A DNA stretch of 37,402 bases. It comes from Polyangiaceae bacterium. Lineage in GTDB: Bacteria; Myxococcota_A; Polyangia; Polyangiales; Polyangiaceae. Location: the NCBI GenBank assembly GCA_036393455.1, contig DASWGX010000147.1:1-37402 (forward strand). Direction: 5' to 3'. Positions 1 through 8,556 of the stretch are shown piece by piece. The position numbers were made by a program, and so were the translations under genes. A model generated the notes under the pieces. That model saw nothing but the letters and a program-made list of their open reading frames with translations. It did no database searches and was not told the DNA's origin. The number at the start of each line of letters is the position of its first letter. The stretch's first letter is position 1.

Positions 1-236
1 GGCGCCCCACGCCGCGCTCGGTATACGCTACTGGTGCACCAAGTGAACGACAGCTCGCGGCACGCTCGCGCCGCCGCGGCACGCTCCGCTTCAGAGGGTT
101 CGGCCGTCGTAAAGGCGTTCCCGCAGCCCGAGGTCAAGCCGGCGACGGCTGCGAGCGCGCCAACGGATGCTCCCGATCGGCGCCGCCGCCGTCGTCGCTG
201 GGCGAGCCCCAAGGCCGTCAGGACGAGGCCCAACAC
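1..236 (-). CDS. possible lipoprotein gene whose 3' end lies outside the window (start GTG 236, TTG 233 or TTG 212)
   Basis: Hand translation of the minus frame gives (V)LGLVLTALGLAQRRRRRRRSGASVGALAAVAGLTSGCGNAFTTAEPSEAER..., i.e. an Arg-rich n-region, a hydrophobic core and an LTSGC lipobox. The frame is open to position 1, so it is missing from the ORF track. Hand-counted third-position GC is about 77 percent, versus about 65 percent for the codon-sharing plus frame. There is no clear Shine-Dalgarno. Confidence 0.25.
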   Translation of the reverse strand, partial: MLGLVLTALGLAQRRRRRRRSGASVGALAAVAGLTSGCGNAFTTAEPSEAERAAAARACRELSFTWCTSSVYRARRGA

Positions 237-445
237 AGCGCTGTCGGAGCGCCGCTCTCGCTCGCCGACTCGGTCGATGCTGCACGCGACGCCGGAAATT
301 CTTCCGCGCTCTTCTCCGTCGACCTCGAGGCGCGCCGCTTGATCGGCGTCGCAGTCCGTGGCTCCGTCGTAGGTTACGACGGCGACGCTGTCGGTTGGTT
401 GTGCGCGAGCAGCAGGGGCTTGCCGGCGCTGGCGCCGTGCGGCGA

Positions 446-1744
446 CTAACGCACGCGGGTTTGGCAGCCGAGCACGATGCCCACGGACCCGCTAACGTCT
501 CCCGAGACGCGGGTGCAGGTATCCGGGCAAAGCACGATGCTCGTCGGAGCCGTGGGGTCGTCGTAGTACCAGCCGTCGGGCGTCGACGCACACGCGCTGG
601 CGTCCGCCGCCTTGTAGAGCGGAGTCGCCGTCATGCCGTCGCTGCCCGTGAAATCGACGTTGACCTTTTCGGGGTCCGCGCGCCCGCCGCCCGTCGAAGG
701 AGGGATGTCATAGTTGCAGGGCAAGGCCGCGCCACGGATTTCTTGCATGGCCTGGAGGAACTGGGTCTGGATGTTGGCGCCAGTGCCGTCGACGATGAAC
801 GCGCCGTAGCCGGTGTCGCCCGCTTGTGCGAGCTGATCGAGGTTGTCGACCAGCCCGATGCCGATCACGTAGGTCTTCACGGCGGGCGTCGCGGCGGCGT
901 TGGCCGCAATCAGATCGGCGATGTCCTGTATCGCGTTCTGTTGGCAAGAGAACGGTTGCCCGTCGGTCGCCAGGATGAGCACGCCGACGTGGTCCGGGTA
1001 CTGCGTGAGCCAGCTCGAAAGGTACGTCGCGCTTCCCTCGTAAGCCGGGCGCGTTGGCGTGTCTCCGCGCTCCTGCGTGCGCTGGCCCGGCGTGTACATT
1101 CTGGCGTCGAGCGAGGCGGTTACCACCGCGGCGTTGTCCGGCAGGAGCGCGATGGGCACGTCAGGAGTTTCATAGGACGCCGGCTCGCACTTGGGCGAAG
1201 CATCTCCGACTTCCGACGTGGGGTAGGGGAAGTATCCGAGGCCGACTTCGATTCCAGCCGAGGTGGGATCTTCGACGAATGCTCGAATCGCCGTGGACAC
1301 TGGAGTCCAGCGCTCCGCGGCGCCTTCCTCGTCCGGGTCGCTCATCGAGTTCGATTGGTCGACGATGAGGTACATGGCGAGCGGCTTTTGCGTCGCTTGA
1401 TGCGATTCGGCCGCGCAGGCCGTCTCGCCGCCCTGCCCATTTCCGCCGCCGGCCCCGGTAGTGATGTTGATCGAAGCTCCCGCGCCGCCGTTCGAGCTCG
1501 ATTGAGCGCCGCTGGTGGCGGCTGTGCTTCCCGCTGCTTCGCCCCCGGTACCGCCGGTGCCGGTCGTCGAGCTCTGAGAACCGGTGCCGCTGCTTCCGGT
1601 GCTTCCAGACTCGGGCGTGGAAGAGCACGCCACCAGCGCGAACGCGCAAGAGCCCGCCCACGCTCCTAACGTTCGACGGAGCGTGCCGGCCACCACCAAG
1701 AGTTGCCGCGAGTCGGTCAGCTTGTTCTGATCAACGAACGACAC
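446..1744 (-). CDS. von Willebrand factor A (VWA) domain lipoprotein
   Basis: 432-aa ORF. It has an RR n-region, a hydrophobic stretch and lipobox FALVAC, then a long Gly/Ser/Thr linker. A MIDAS-type DxSxS motif sits in YLIVDQSNSM, and the C-terminal part is Cys-rich. The ORF starts with GTG at 1744; internal TTG/GTG starts at 1699-1693 are equally possible. Confidence 0.85.
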   Translation of the reverse strand: MSFVDQNKLTDSRQLLVVAGTLRRTLGAWAGSCAFALVACSSTPESGSTGSSGTGSQSSTTGTGGTGGEAAGSTAATSGAQSSSNGGAGASINITTGAGGGNGQGGETACAAESHQATQKPLAMYLIVDQSNSMSDPDEEGAAERWTPVSTAIRAFVEDPTSAGIEVGLGYFPYPTSEVGDASPKCEPASYETPDVPIALLPDNAAVVTASLDARMYTPGQRTQERGDTPTRPAYEGSATYLSSWLTQYPDHVGVLILATDGQPFSCQQNAIQDIADLIAANAAATPAVKTYVIGIGLVDNLDQLAQAGDTGYGAFIVDGTGANIQTQFLQAMQEIRGAALPCNYDIPPSTGGGRADPEKVNVDFTGSDGMTATPLYKAADASACASTPDGWYYDDPTAPTSIVLCPDTCTRVSGDVSGSVGIVLGCQTRVR

Positions 1745-2093
1745 CCGCTCAGCGACTCAACAATTGTGACCCAGGTTTTATTATGTCGGTGAGGTCATGC
1801 TGGGAGCGGCTCATGTCGCCAGCAGCCTATGCTGATAGAGTCATACGATTGGCCTTTCCGCTTCATCGCGTACCGTGAACTGCGAGTCTCGCGGCGCACC
1901 CCTCGTGAGGACGCTCCCGGAGTGCGGCCTGTGTCCGACGATGGTCGCGGGCGCGGCGCTCCGTTCGAGCCCCCGACCCGCCGAGCGGCTCGGTTTTCGA
2001 GCGTCTTTTGCCGGGTGGTGCGCGCTGCGTCGACAGGCCGAGCCCGGCTTGCCAATCTTGTCCGGGTTGGCGGCCTTGTCCGAATAGCGGCCG

Positions 2094-2984
2094 ATGCACG
2101 ACATGAAGCTCTATCGATTCGACGACGTCGACGGCCGACTCGATCTCGTGCCGATCGCGGCCCGTCGGGCGTTGGATATGGCAGGCCTCAAACTGTCGCT
2201 CGAAGCGTGGCGCGCTCTGCCGCACTCCGCGCGCGCGGCGCTGACCTCCCTGGGACAACGAGCGGCGGTCGACACGGTAGTCGTCGCGGCGCTCTTGGTG
2301 GACGCCGCGCCGGAAACGCTGGAGCCATTGCAGGAGCCGCCCGCCGACGGTGTGCCTTCGGAGCTCGTTGGTGCTTTGGGCATCGAACGACCTTTGCCGG
2401 CCTCGCTCTGGGCGACGCTCGCCCCCCTCGATCGCTACGCGCTGATGAAGGTTTCCCGACGCGGGCCGAGCGAACGTCTCGCCGCGGCGTATCGCGAGAT
2501 CGTGGGCCAGAGCGCTTTTTCCACTCACGTGGGCCCCGAGGGCGGCGTACGGATGGTCGACGTGGGTGAGAAGGCCGTGACACGACGTCGAGCCGTCGCG
2601 GAGACCTTCGTTGCCATGAGCGGGGCGGCCATGCAGGCCCTGGTGCGCGGCGAAGCGCCGAAAGGCGACGTGCTCGGCACTGCCCGCCTCGCGGGCATCA
2701 TGGGGGCGAAACGCACCTCCGAGCTCTTGCCGCTGTGCCATCCACTGTCGCTCTCCCACTGCGCCGTGGACCTCGATGTCGAAGCAGACGCTGGGCGCGT
2801 TCGCGTCGTCGCCAGCGTGGAAACCACCGACCGCACCGGCGTCGAAATGGAAGCCCTGACGGCGGCGAGCGTTGCCGCGTTGACACTGTATGACATGCTC
2901 AAGGCCATCGATCGCGGCATGCAGATCGGCCCCACGCGGCTGACAGAAAAGTCCGGCGGTCGTTCCGGAGACTACCGCCGGTGA
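2094..2984 (+). CDS. moaC: cyclic pyranopterin monophosphate synthase MoaC with an N-terminal nitrate-reductase-associated (NarM-like) domain
   Basis: 296-aa ORF. The C-terminal ~155 aa is clearly MoaC ([40 protein letters not shown]). The N-terminal ~140 aa ([25 protein letters not shown]..., [11 protein letters not shown]) resembles the small nitrate-reductase-associated family. Third-position GC is high across the whole ORF. Confidence 0.9.
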   Translation: MHDMKLYRFDDVDGRLDLVPIAARRALDMAGLKLSLEAWRALPHSARAALTSLGQRAAVDTVVVAALLVDAAPETLEPLQEPPADGVPSELVGALGIERPLPASLWATLAPLDRYALMKVSRRGPSERLAAAYREIVGQSAFSTHVGPEGGVRMVDVGEKAVTRRRAVAETFVAMSGAAMQALVRGEAPKGDVLGTARLAGIMGAKRTSELLPLCHPLSLSHCAVDLDVEADAGRVRVVASVETTDRTGVEMEALTAASVAALTLYDMLKAIDRGMQIGPTRLTEKSGGRSGDYRR

Positions 2985-3430
2985 GCGCGCTTTTCGACAT
3001 CAGAAACGAACCGCTCGTTCTGGACGAAGTCGTCCGCGCGGTGCAGGCGCCGTCGGTCGGTGCCGTCGCCGTGTTCAGCGGCACCGTGCGCGATCACAAC
3101 GACGGCAAGCCCGTGAGCTTGCTCGAATACGAGGCGTACGTCGCCATGGCGAAAAAGGAAATGCAGCGCATCGCCGAGGAGCTCGAACGGGAGTCTCCCG
3201 GCGTGCGCCTCGCCGCGCTCCACCGCGTGGGCGCGCTCGCCGTCGGCGACGTCGCGGTGGTGTGCGCCGCCTCGGCCGCTCACCGCGGGCAGGCCTTCGA
3301 CGCGTGCCGCCGCTTCATCGATCGGATAAAAGAGCGCGTCCCCATCTGGAAGCGCGAGCACGGCCCCGACGGTCCGTATTGGGTCGGCTTTCAGGATGCC
3401 CGCTGCACCGGGCACGATCACGAGACGTGA
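2981..3430 (+). CDS. moaE: molybdopterin synthase catalytic subunit MoaE
   Basis: 149-aa ORF. Its GTG start overlaps the moaC stop by 4 nt (GTGA). MoaE-like motifs are present: [28 protein letters not shown]. Confidence 0.9.
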   Translation: MSALFDIRNEPLVLDEVVRAVQAPSVGAVAVFSGTVRDHNDGKPVSLLEYEAYVAMAKKEMQRIAEELERESPGVRLAALHRVGALAVGDVAVVCAASAAHRGQAFDACRRFIDRIKERVPIWKREHGPDGPYWVGFQDARCTGHDHET

Positions 3431-3439
3431 GCGGCGGAA

Positions 3440-4021
3440 TCAGCGCCGGATATCTCCGGGCTCGTCCCAGTCTCGGAGCGCGAGCGCTTCCTCCGGTGTG
3501 ACCGGCAGCTGTACCGCGCCGTCGCCGAGGTCCGCGAGCACTCGATACAGGCCGAGCCGACCGCTGGCGAGGCACCGTTCGACCGCCGCGAGCGCGGGCT
3601 CTGGCCGGTAGCGAGCGAACAGGGGGTGCCACTTGTCGTCGAGGCGCGGCGCGACGGCGTCGGCCTCCGGCGCGTGGAGAAGCAGCCGCTCGAGCAGTTT
3701 CAGCGTCACGGACGGCATGTCGCCGGCGAGGGCCACGGCGGCCGGTGCACCGCGCGCTGCGGCGTGCTCGACCAGCGCCGCGAGGCCTCCGATGGGTCCG
3801 ACGCCGCCCGGAGAGTCCGGGATGACGTCGATGCGGACGGCTTCGTACGCGCCGGCCGCGCCGACGAGCATCACTTCGGCGTCGGCTCGCGCCGCGCGCA
3901 CCAGAGCCGCCAGGCGTTCGACGATGGGCTCGCCCGTAGCCGGCGCCGGCAAGAGCCCCTTGGCCACGCCGCCGAAACGCGTTGCGCGGCCCCCGACGAA
4001 AATGCCGAACACGATGGGCAT
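3440..4021 (-). CDS. mobA: molybdenum cofactor guanylyltransferase MobA
   Basis: The N-terminus MPIVFGIFVGGRATRFGGVAKGLL matches the MobA nucleotide-binding signature (LAGGxxxRMGGxDK type). I prefer the ATG at 4021. The ORF track extends to a TTG at 4060, which would overlap the moeA stop by 4 nt. Confidence 0.8.
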   Translation of the reverse strand: MPIVFGIFVGGRATRFGGVAKGLLPAPATGEPIVERLAALVRAARADAEVMLVGAAGAYEAVRIDVIPDSPGGVGPIGGLAALVEHAAARGAPAAVALAGDMPSVTLKLLERLLLHAPEADAVAPRLDDKWHPLFARYRPEPALAAVERCLASGRLGLYRVLADLGDGAVQLPVTPEEALALRDWDEPGDIRR

Positions 4022-4056
4022 CGAGGTGCCAGCGCTCGCACCAGCGCGGCGCACCG

Positions 4057-5244
4057 TCAAGTCAGGGCAATGATCTCCACGCTGGCGCCGGGCTCGAGCT
4101 CGCTCGTCGTCTCGGGAACGACCAAGAGCGCGTCAGCCCAGGCGAGGCTCGTCGGGGCACCCGAAGCCTGGTTCGACAGCGGCACGACGACGTCGTCCGT
4201 GACCTTCGCGCGGTAGAAACCGGTGCGTCCGGTTTTTTGCTTCAGCGCCGCCCCGAGTTTGGCGCGTCGCCGCCGCAACCGGTGCGCGTCTCGCGCTCCC
4301 TGCATCGCCGCGAGCAGGGGCAAGCCGAACAATACGAACGTGACCTGCGCCGAAGCGGGGTTGCCGGGCAGGCCGAGCACACGGACGGCGCCGCGCGTCC
4401 CGTACACCAGCGGCTTGCCCGGCTTGATGCGCACTTTCCAGAAATCCAAACCGACGCCGGCACCTTCCAGCGCGGCGCGCACCAGGTCGTGATCGCCGAC
4501 GCTTACGCCGCCAACGGTGACGACCAAGTCGCTCGAGTCGAGAGCTGCTTCGAGCGTCGAGCGAATCGTGGCTTCGTCGTCCGGCACGATCGGCGTGGCG
4601 CGCGCGTCTGCGCCGGCGCGGCGCGCCAGTGCCGTCACGGCCACGCCGTTGCTCTCGGGAACGCTGCCCGGCCACGGCGCGGAGCCGGGTTGCCTGAGCT
4701 CGTCGCCGGTGCACACGACCGTGACGCGAGGTCTCCGCGCGACCGCGACGTCGGCGTAGTCGAGCGCGGCCACGAGCCCGAGCTGAAGCGCCCCGAGACG
4801 TGTCCCGGCAGCGAGCCCGATTGCTCCAACCTCCAGATCTTCGCCGCGCCGGCGCACGTTCTCGCCCGGGCTCGGACGCGCCGAAAATGTGATGGCGCCG
4901 TCCGCCGCCGTGACGTTTTCCTGCATGACGACGGCGTCGGCGTGCTCGGGGACGGCGGCGCCGGTGAAGATCCGGCACGCTTCTCCCTGTGCGAGTGTCG
5001 GGACGTGGTGTCCAGCTCTGCTTTCGGAGCTGACTCGCAGGCGGTAAGGCGCCGAACCGGTGAGTGCCCGGCTGTCGAGCGCGTAGCCGTCCATCGCGCT
5101 GTAATCGAACGGGGGCAGCGGCGCGCGGGCCACGATGTCCTCGGCGCTGACGCGATCGAAGGCCTCCGAGAGCTCGACGCGCTCGGTCGGTGTGCGCGGC
5201 GCATCGAGAACGATGCGCTCGAGCGCTTCCTCGAAACCCAGCAT
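4057..5244 (-). CDS. moeA: molybdopterin molybdenumtransferase MoeA
   Basis: The internal ATG at 5244 gives MLGFEEALERI..., a typical MoeA N-terminus. The PPFDYSAMDGYA motif and the C-terminal MoeA fold sequence are present. The 44 codons upstream in the ORF track look non-coding. Confidence 0.9.
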   Translation of the reverse strand: MLGFEEALERIVLDAPRTPTERVELSEAFDRVSAEDIVARAPLPPFDYSAMDGYALDSRALTGSAPYRLRVSSESRAGHHVPTLAQGEACRIFTGAAVPEHADAVVMQENVTAADGAITFSARPSPGENVRRRGEDLEVGAIGLAAGTRLGALQLGLVAALDYADVAVARRPRVTVVCTGDELRQPGSAPWPGSVPESNGVAVTALARRAGADARATPIVPDDEATIRSTLEAALDSSDLVVTVGGVSVGDHDLVRAALEGAGVGLDFWKVRIKPGKPLVYGTRGAVRVLGLPGNPASAQVTFVLFGLPLLAAMQGARDAHRLRRRRAKLGAALKQKTGRTGFYRAKVTDDVVVPLSNQASGAPTSLAWADALLVVPETTSELEPGASVEIIALT

Positions 5245-5374
5245 GCGGGGCAGTCTAGCGCCTACCAGGGGCCCGATATCACGTGATTTTTGCTCGAGCG
5301 AGCGCGCTTCGAAGCCGTTCGACGTGGGGTTGCGCCGACCCTCTGCGCGGTTGCCTCTCGCCGAGGTGGGGCTC

Positions 5375-6643
5375 ATGCTTGCCGCAATGAAAAAGCTCGC
5401 GCTCCTGTTCGCGCTGGCGCTCGGCGCGGCTCCTCTTCCCGCGCTTGCCGCGCCGGCAGAGGACGCGGCGGCGGGGGACTCTTACGGGGACGAGTGGTTC
5501 GACGAGGAAGCGGAAATGAGGGCCGACGAGGCGGCTCCTCTACCGCCCGGCGCTGCGGCCGCGCCGTCCAGCGACGCGGCACCGCCGCGCGTCGACGGGG
5601 CGGACGCCGACCCGCGCGCTCTCGACGACTTCAGGCCGGCTCTCGATCCCTACGGCTATTGGGTCGATCACCCCAAGTACGGCCGCGTCTGGGTTCCGAA
5701 TCGCGCCGTCGTCGGAGACTACTTCGCCCCCTACGTCACTTCCGGTCACTGGGCGCTCGACGTCGACGGCAACTGGGTCTGGGTGAGCGACTACCCGTTC
5801 GGGTCCGTCGTGTTCCACTACGGTCGTTGGGTCTGGGTCGGCGGCGTGGGTTGGAGTTGGGTGCCGGGTTACCGCTATGCGCCGGCGTGGGTCGCGTGGC
5901 GCGTGCCCACCGCCGGCTACGCTTACGTCGGCTGGGCTCCGCTGCCGCCGAGCTACGTTTGGTTCTACGGGTCGCCGGTCGCGGTTTGGTACTATACGCC
6001 CTACCCGTTCGTGTTCGTCTCGAGCACGTTCGTGTTTCACCATCACGTGCATCGGCACATTGTGCGTAGCCGTCACCGCATCCGCCACGTCGCCGGCGTG
6101 ACGCGGCGTTACCGGCCGGCACTCGCTCGCCCCTCGACCAGCGGGCCGTCGCTCGATGCGGCGCGCGTTCCACCGTCGCACCGCCCGGTCCAGCGCGTCG
6201 CGGCGATGCCACGCGCGTCGGGCGCCGATCAGCGCGCGCTCACGTATCGTCGCACGTCACCGGCCGGAGCCACGCTTCGCCGTTCGGACGGCGGCGAGCT
6301 ACGCCGCACGACTGCGCCGCGCTCGAGCCCTCGGACGGCCTCGGACGGGCGCTCGCTGCGCATCGATCCGTCCGGGCGATCGGCGGACTCGCCTCGGCGT
6401 TCGCCGGCCGCCGACGGGCGGCGCGCCGCACCCAGCCCGGGGGTACGGCTCGAACGTAGCGAGTCCGCACCACCCGTAACGCGCGAGCGTTCCGCGGCTC
6501 CCGCGCCCCCGCGTCGCGCCGCCCCGAGCGCGGAACGTCGCTTGCGCTCGTTCGACGGGCGCTCCAGCAATGGCAACGGTACGCTTCGCCGCAGCGGCCC
6601 GGCGCCCAGCATGCGACGCTCCGGGTCCTCTCCAAGAAGGTGA
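5375..6643 (+). CDS. secreted Trp/Tyr/Gly-rich repeat protein with a His-rich segment and an Arg/Ser/Pro-rich tail
   Basis: Starting at ATG 5375 (or 5387) gives the signal peptide MLAAMKKLALLFALALGAAPLPALAAP. Repeats of the YGYWV..YGRVWVP / GRWVWVGGVGWSWVPGY type follow (YXWGXW-like). The remainder is a FHHHVHRH segment and about 190 aa of low-complexity tail. The 5135-5374 part of the tracked ORF overlaps moeA and is rejected. Confidence 0.7.
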   Translation: MLAAMKKLALLFALALGAAPLPALAAPAEDAAAGDSYGDEWFDEEAEMRADEAAPLPPGAAAAPSSDAAPPRVDGADADPRALDDFRPALDPYGYWVDHPKYGRVWVPNRAVVGDYFAPYVTSGHWALDVDGNWVWVSDYPFGSVVFHYGRWVWVGGVGWSWVPGYRYAPAWVAWRVPTAGYAYVGWAPLPPSYVWFYGSPVAVWYYTPYPFVFVSSTFVFHHHVHRHIVRSRHRIRHVAGVTRRYRPALARPSTSGPSLDAARVPPSHRPVQRVAAMPRASGADQRALTYRRTSPAGATLRRSDGGELRRTTAPRSSPRTASDGRSLRIDPSGRSADSPRRSPAADGRRAAPSPGVRLERSESAPPVTRERSAAPAPPRRAAPSAERRLRSFDGRSSNGNGTLRRSGPAPSMRRSGSSPRR

Positions 6644-6647
6644 AATC

Positions 6648-7214
6648 TTGTCAGGGTCACTGTTCAAGTCGTTGGCGTTGGCTTCGTGTTGCGGCGTCGT
6701 CGCGTGCGGCTATGGAGGCGGGGACGACGACGCCCCGCTGAGGCGAGGCGCCGATCCGGACGTCGGCGTTCCCGTCGAGAGCGCGAGCGCTCTCATCGAC
6801 GCGGGCGCCGGCATCGACGTGACGCCAGGCGAAGGCGTGGGCCTGTTCGTGGAGTACGAGCCCGGAGGCCTGTGGCGGCTCTTCATGACGTGCGACACCG
6901 ACATCAGCGGGTTCGGATGTGAATGGGACGTAGTGGTCACGCCCAGCGAGGGCGCCATCGATGCGATCACGGCCGAGCGCCTCGAGTTCGAGGATTTCCT
7001 CGATTTTTGGGGCGACCAAGCAGCGCGTATCGTGACGTTGACCGCGTTCGACGTCGACGGCGCGCTGTTCGAAGCGCCGGCGGGAGCCTCGCTCTCGGTA
7101 GACGCGCTGCTCGACGGGTCGTTTGCACACCGGTACATCTACTGGGTCGGCGACGGCGCGCTGCACAGCGGTTCGCCGGGCAGCCCGCTGGAGCTCGAGC
7201 CGAGCGAGCCCTGA
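6648..7214 (+). CDS. small acidic lipoprotein, unknown function
   Basis: Starting at TTG 6648 (GAAGG about 8 nt upstream) gives (M)SGSLFKSLALASCCGVVACGYGG with a lipobox. The product is acidic and Cys-containing. The start is uncertain because the tracked ORF begins at 6570 inside the previous gene. Confidence 0.6.
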   Translation: MSGSLFKSLALASCCGVVACGYGGGDDDAPLRRGADPDVGVPVESASALIDAGAGIDVTPGEGVGLFVEYEPGGLWRLFMTCDTDISGFGCEWDVVVTPSEGAIDAITAERLEFEDFLDFWGDQAARIVTLTAFDVDGALFEAPAGASLSVDALLDGSFAHRYIYWVGDGALHSGSPGSPLELEPSEP

Positions 7215-7283
7215 GCTTCGGTTTTCAGTCTGTTTTTTCGCCGTTGCGCGCCGGGCGCCGGAGCCCGCTTTGGGCGGGTGCGC

Positions 7284-8426
7284 TCAGGGCCCCGGTCCGA
7301 GCGTCATTACGACCTCGAACGCGGAAGCAGGCACGTCCTTGAGAGGCTCGATCTGCTGCTCGCTCCAGTCCGGGTGGGCTTCGCCCTGGAAGTAGAAGCT
7401 TGACCCGTTGTCCGCCAGGATCATTCCATAGCGCTTCATCGCCTCGAGAACGGCGCGCGCGTCGGCGGGAAACTCCGACGTTTCGAAGTCGGCTTGCAGT
7501 CGCACGCGGAGCCCCATCGGCGGCGCGTTGGGGTCGTCGGCATCGCAGCTTCCGGGCACGGCGAAATGAGTCGCCGGCGCCACGTAGCGATCCGTGGTGC
7601 AAGGAAGCGTGAAGCGAAGCGCGTGATGGATTTCCCCTCGTGCAACTTCGTCGTAACGCAGGAGCCCCGGCAAGATGGGGAGGCCTGCCGCGTCCGCGCT
7701 CGTCCAGCCTTCGGGGCGTTGGCCGTAGCTGTTTCGTTCGAGTTCCCAGCTCGCGCCCGAAGAACAGTGCCAGCCGTCGTTTTCGTATTGGCACGCGTAC
7801 CCTTCGTACAGCATGCAGGCCCCCTCCGCTACGACGAGCAAATGGCAATCTCCGTCGCACTCGGTGGGAGAGAAGCCCTCCACGTCGGCGGTGTCGGCGT
7901 CCGGGAAGGGATACGGACCCGGGTCGCTTTCCTCCGGGTAGGCGTCGAAGCTCACCGGCGCGAGCGGCTGATTCTCTGGCACCACGTTGAACGGAATGCC
8001 GTACTGGGTGTCGCCGTCGTTCCCGTAATCGGGGTGAATCATGACGTCGCCGACGAGCGCACGCAGCCGCGCGGTGGCGTCGGCGTCCGCCGGATACTCG
8101 GATACGTCCGTGTTCCACGCGTCGTCCGCGGTGAACACGGGGCAACCCGCGACGACCGGAACCAAGCCGAGCGAGTCCGTGCCGCCCTGCGCCGTGCCGG
8201 CGCCGCCGCCTTGATCCGTGCCGGCGCCGCCGCCCTGCGGCGAGCCGCCCGTGCCGCTCGAACCTCCCGAGCTTCCCGCGACGCTCGAAGAAGCGGACGT
8301 CGATCCGCCCGCTCCAGCGGCGCCGGTCGCGCCGCTGCCCGAAGAGGCTCCGTCACCGTTTCCGCCGCACGCCACCGCGCAGCCGATCAACACGATCGAC
8401 GGGGCGCTTCCGCTCGCTCGCCGCAT
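7284..8426 (-). CDS. lipoprotein, conserved secreted domain of unknown function
   Basis: 380-aa ORF beginning MRRASGSAPSIVLIGCAVACGG (lipobox). It has a long Gly/Ser linker with an in-frame QGGGAGT(D/A) duplication. The globular C-terminal domain carries HHALRFTL, GLRVRLQADF and KRYGMILADNGSSFYFQG. I recognise this as a recurrent actinobacterial/myxobacterial family but cannot name it. Confidence 0.8.
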   Translation of the reverse strand: MRRASGSAPSIVLIGCAVACGGNGDGASSGSGATGAAGAGGSTSASSSVAGSSGGSSGTGGSPQGGGAGTDQGGGAGTAQGGTDSLGLVPVVAGCPVFTADDAWNTDVSEYPADADATARLRALVGDVMIHPDYGNDGDTQYGIPFNVVPENQPLAPVSFDAYPEESDPGPYPFPDADTADVEGFSPTECDGDCHLLVVAEGACMLYEGYACQYENDGWHCSSGASWELERNSYGQRPEGWTSADAAGLPILPGLLRYDEVARGEIHHALRFTLPCTTDRYVAPATHFAVPGSCDADDPNAPPMGLRVRLQADFETSEFPADARAVLEAMKRYGMILADNGSSFYFQGEAHPDWSEQQIEPLKDVPASAFEVVMTLGPGP

Positions 8427-8507
8427 CGGTCCATCGTTGCACGCTCGGCGGCGGTATCAAGTCTTGGCTGGTGGTTCGCGTGTACGGCGGGGTGGTAGCG
8501 CGGGTGC

Positions 8508-8556
8508 GCTCAGTCGTCGTCGCGCCTTCTGGGCTCAGTCGTCGTCGCGCCTTCTG
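8508..8556. repeat. 25-bp-offset tandem duplication spanning the ppk stop codon
   Basis: GCTCAGTCGTCGTCGCGCCTTCTG occurs at 8508-8531 and again at 8533-8556. The second copy encodes the last ppk codons (RRRRDDD-stop on the minus strand). The first copy is a non-coding duplicate just downstream. Confidence 0.9.

Noticed and set aside
240-330. MYXO-CTERM sorting signal at the end of the VWA protein reached by frameshift
   Set aside because: The Cys...hydrophobic...RRRRRRR string is in a different frame from the VWA gene. It is separated from the VWA stop by about 110 nt of low-third-position-GC sequence and is not followed by a stop codon. It is kept only as part of the unresolved-frame finding.
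167-1669. 500-aa plus-strand ORF (and the similar 91-591, 708-947, 1054-1368, 1170-1661 ORFs)
   Set aside because: Their translations are Arg/Ala/Gly-rich and lack motifs. They lie antisense or out of frame to the well-supported VWA lipoprotein gene. These are typical high-GC shadow ORFs.
1745-2093. Possible Moco riboswitch upstream of moaC
   Set aside because: I could not find the conserved Moco-motif elements on the plus strand. The only GGAAAGG-like string (complement of 1850-1860) is on the wrong strand. An Rfam RF01055 scan would be decisive.
1863-2759. 298-aa minus-strand ORF and neighbours (1829-2569, 2188-2583, 2525-2935)
   Set aside because: They lie antisense or out of frame to moaC, which has unmistakable motifs. 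Their composition is Arg-rich and non-protein-like.
5135-5374. Upstream part of the tracked ORF 5135-6643
   Set aside because: It overlaps the moeA 5' end on the opposite strand. The signal peptide begins at the ATG 5375/5387.
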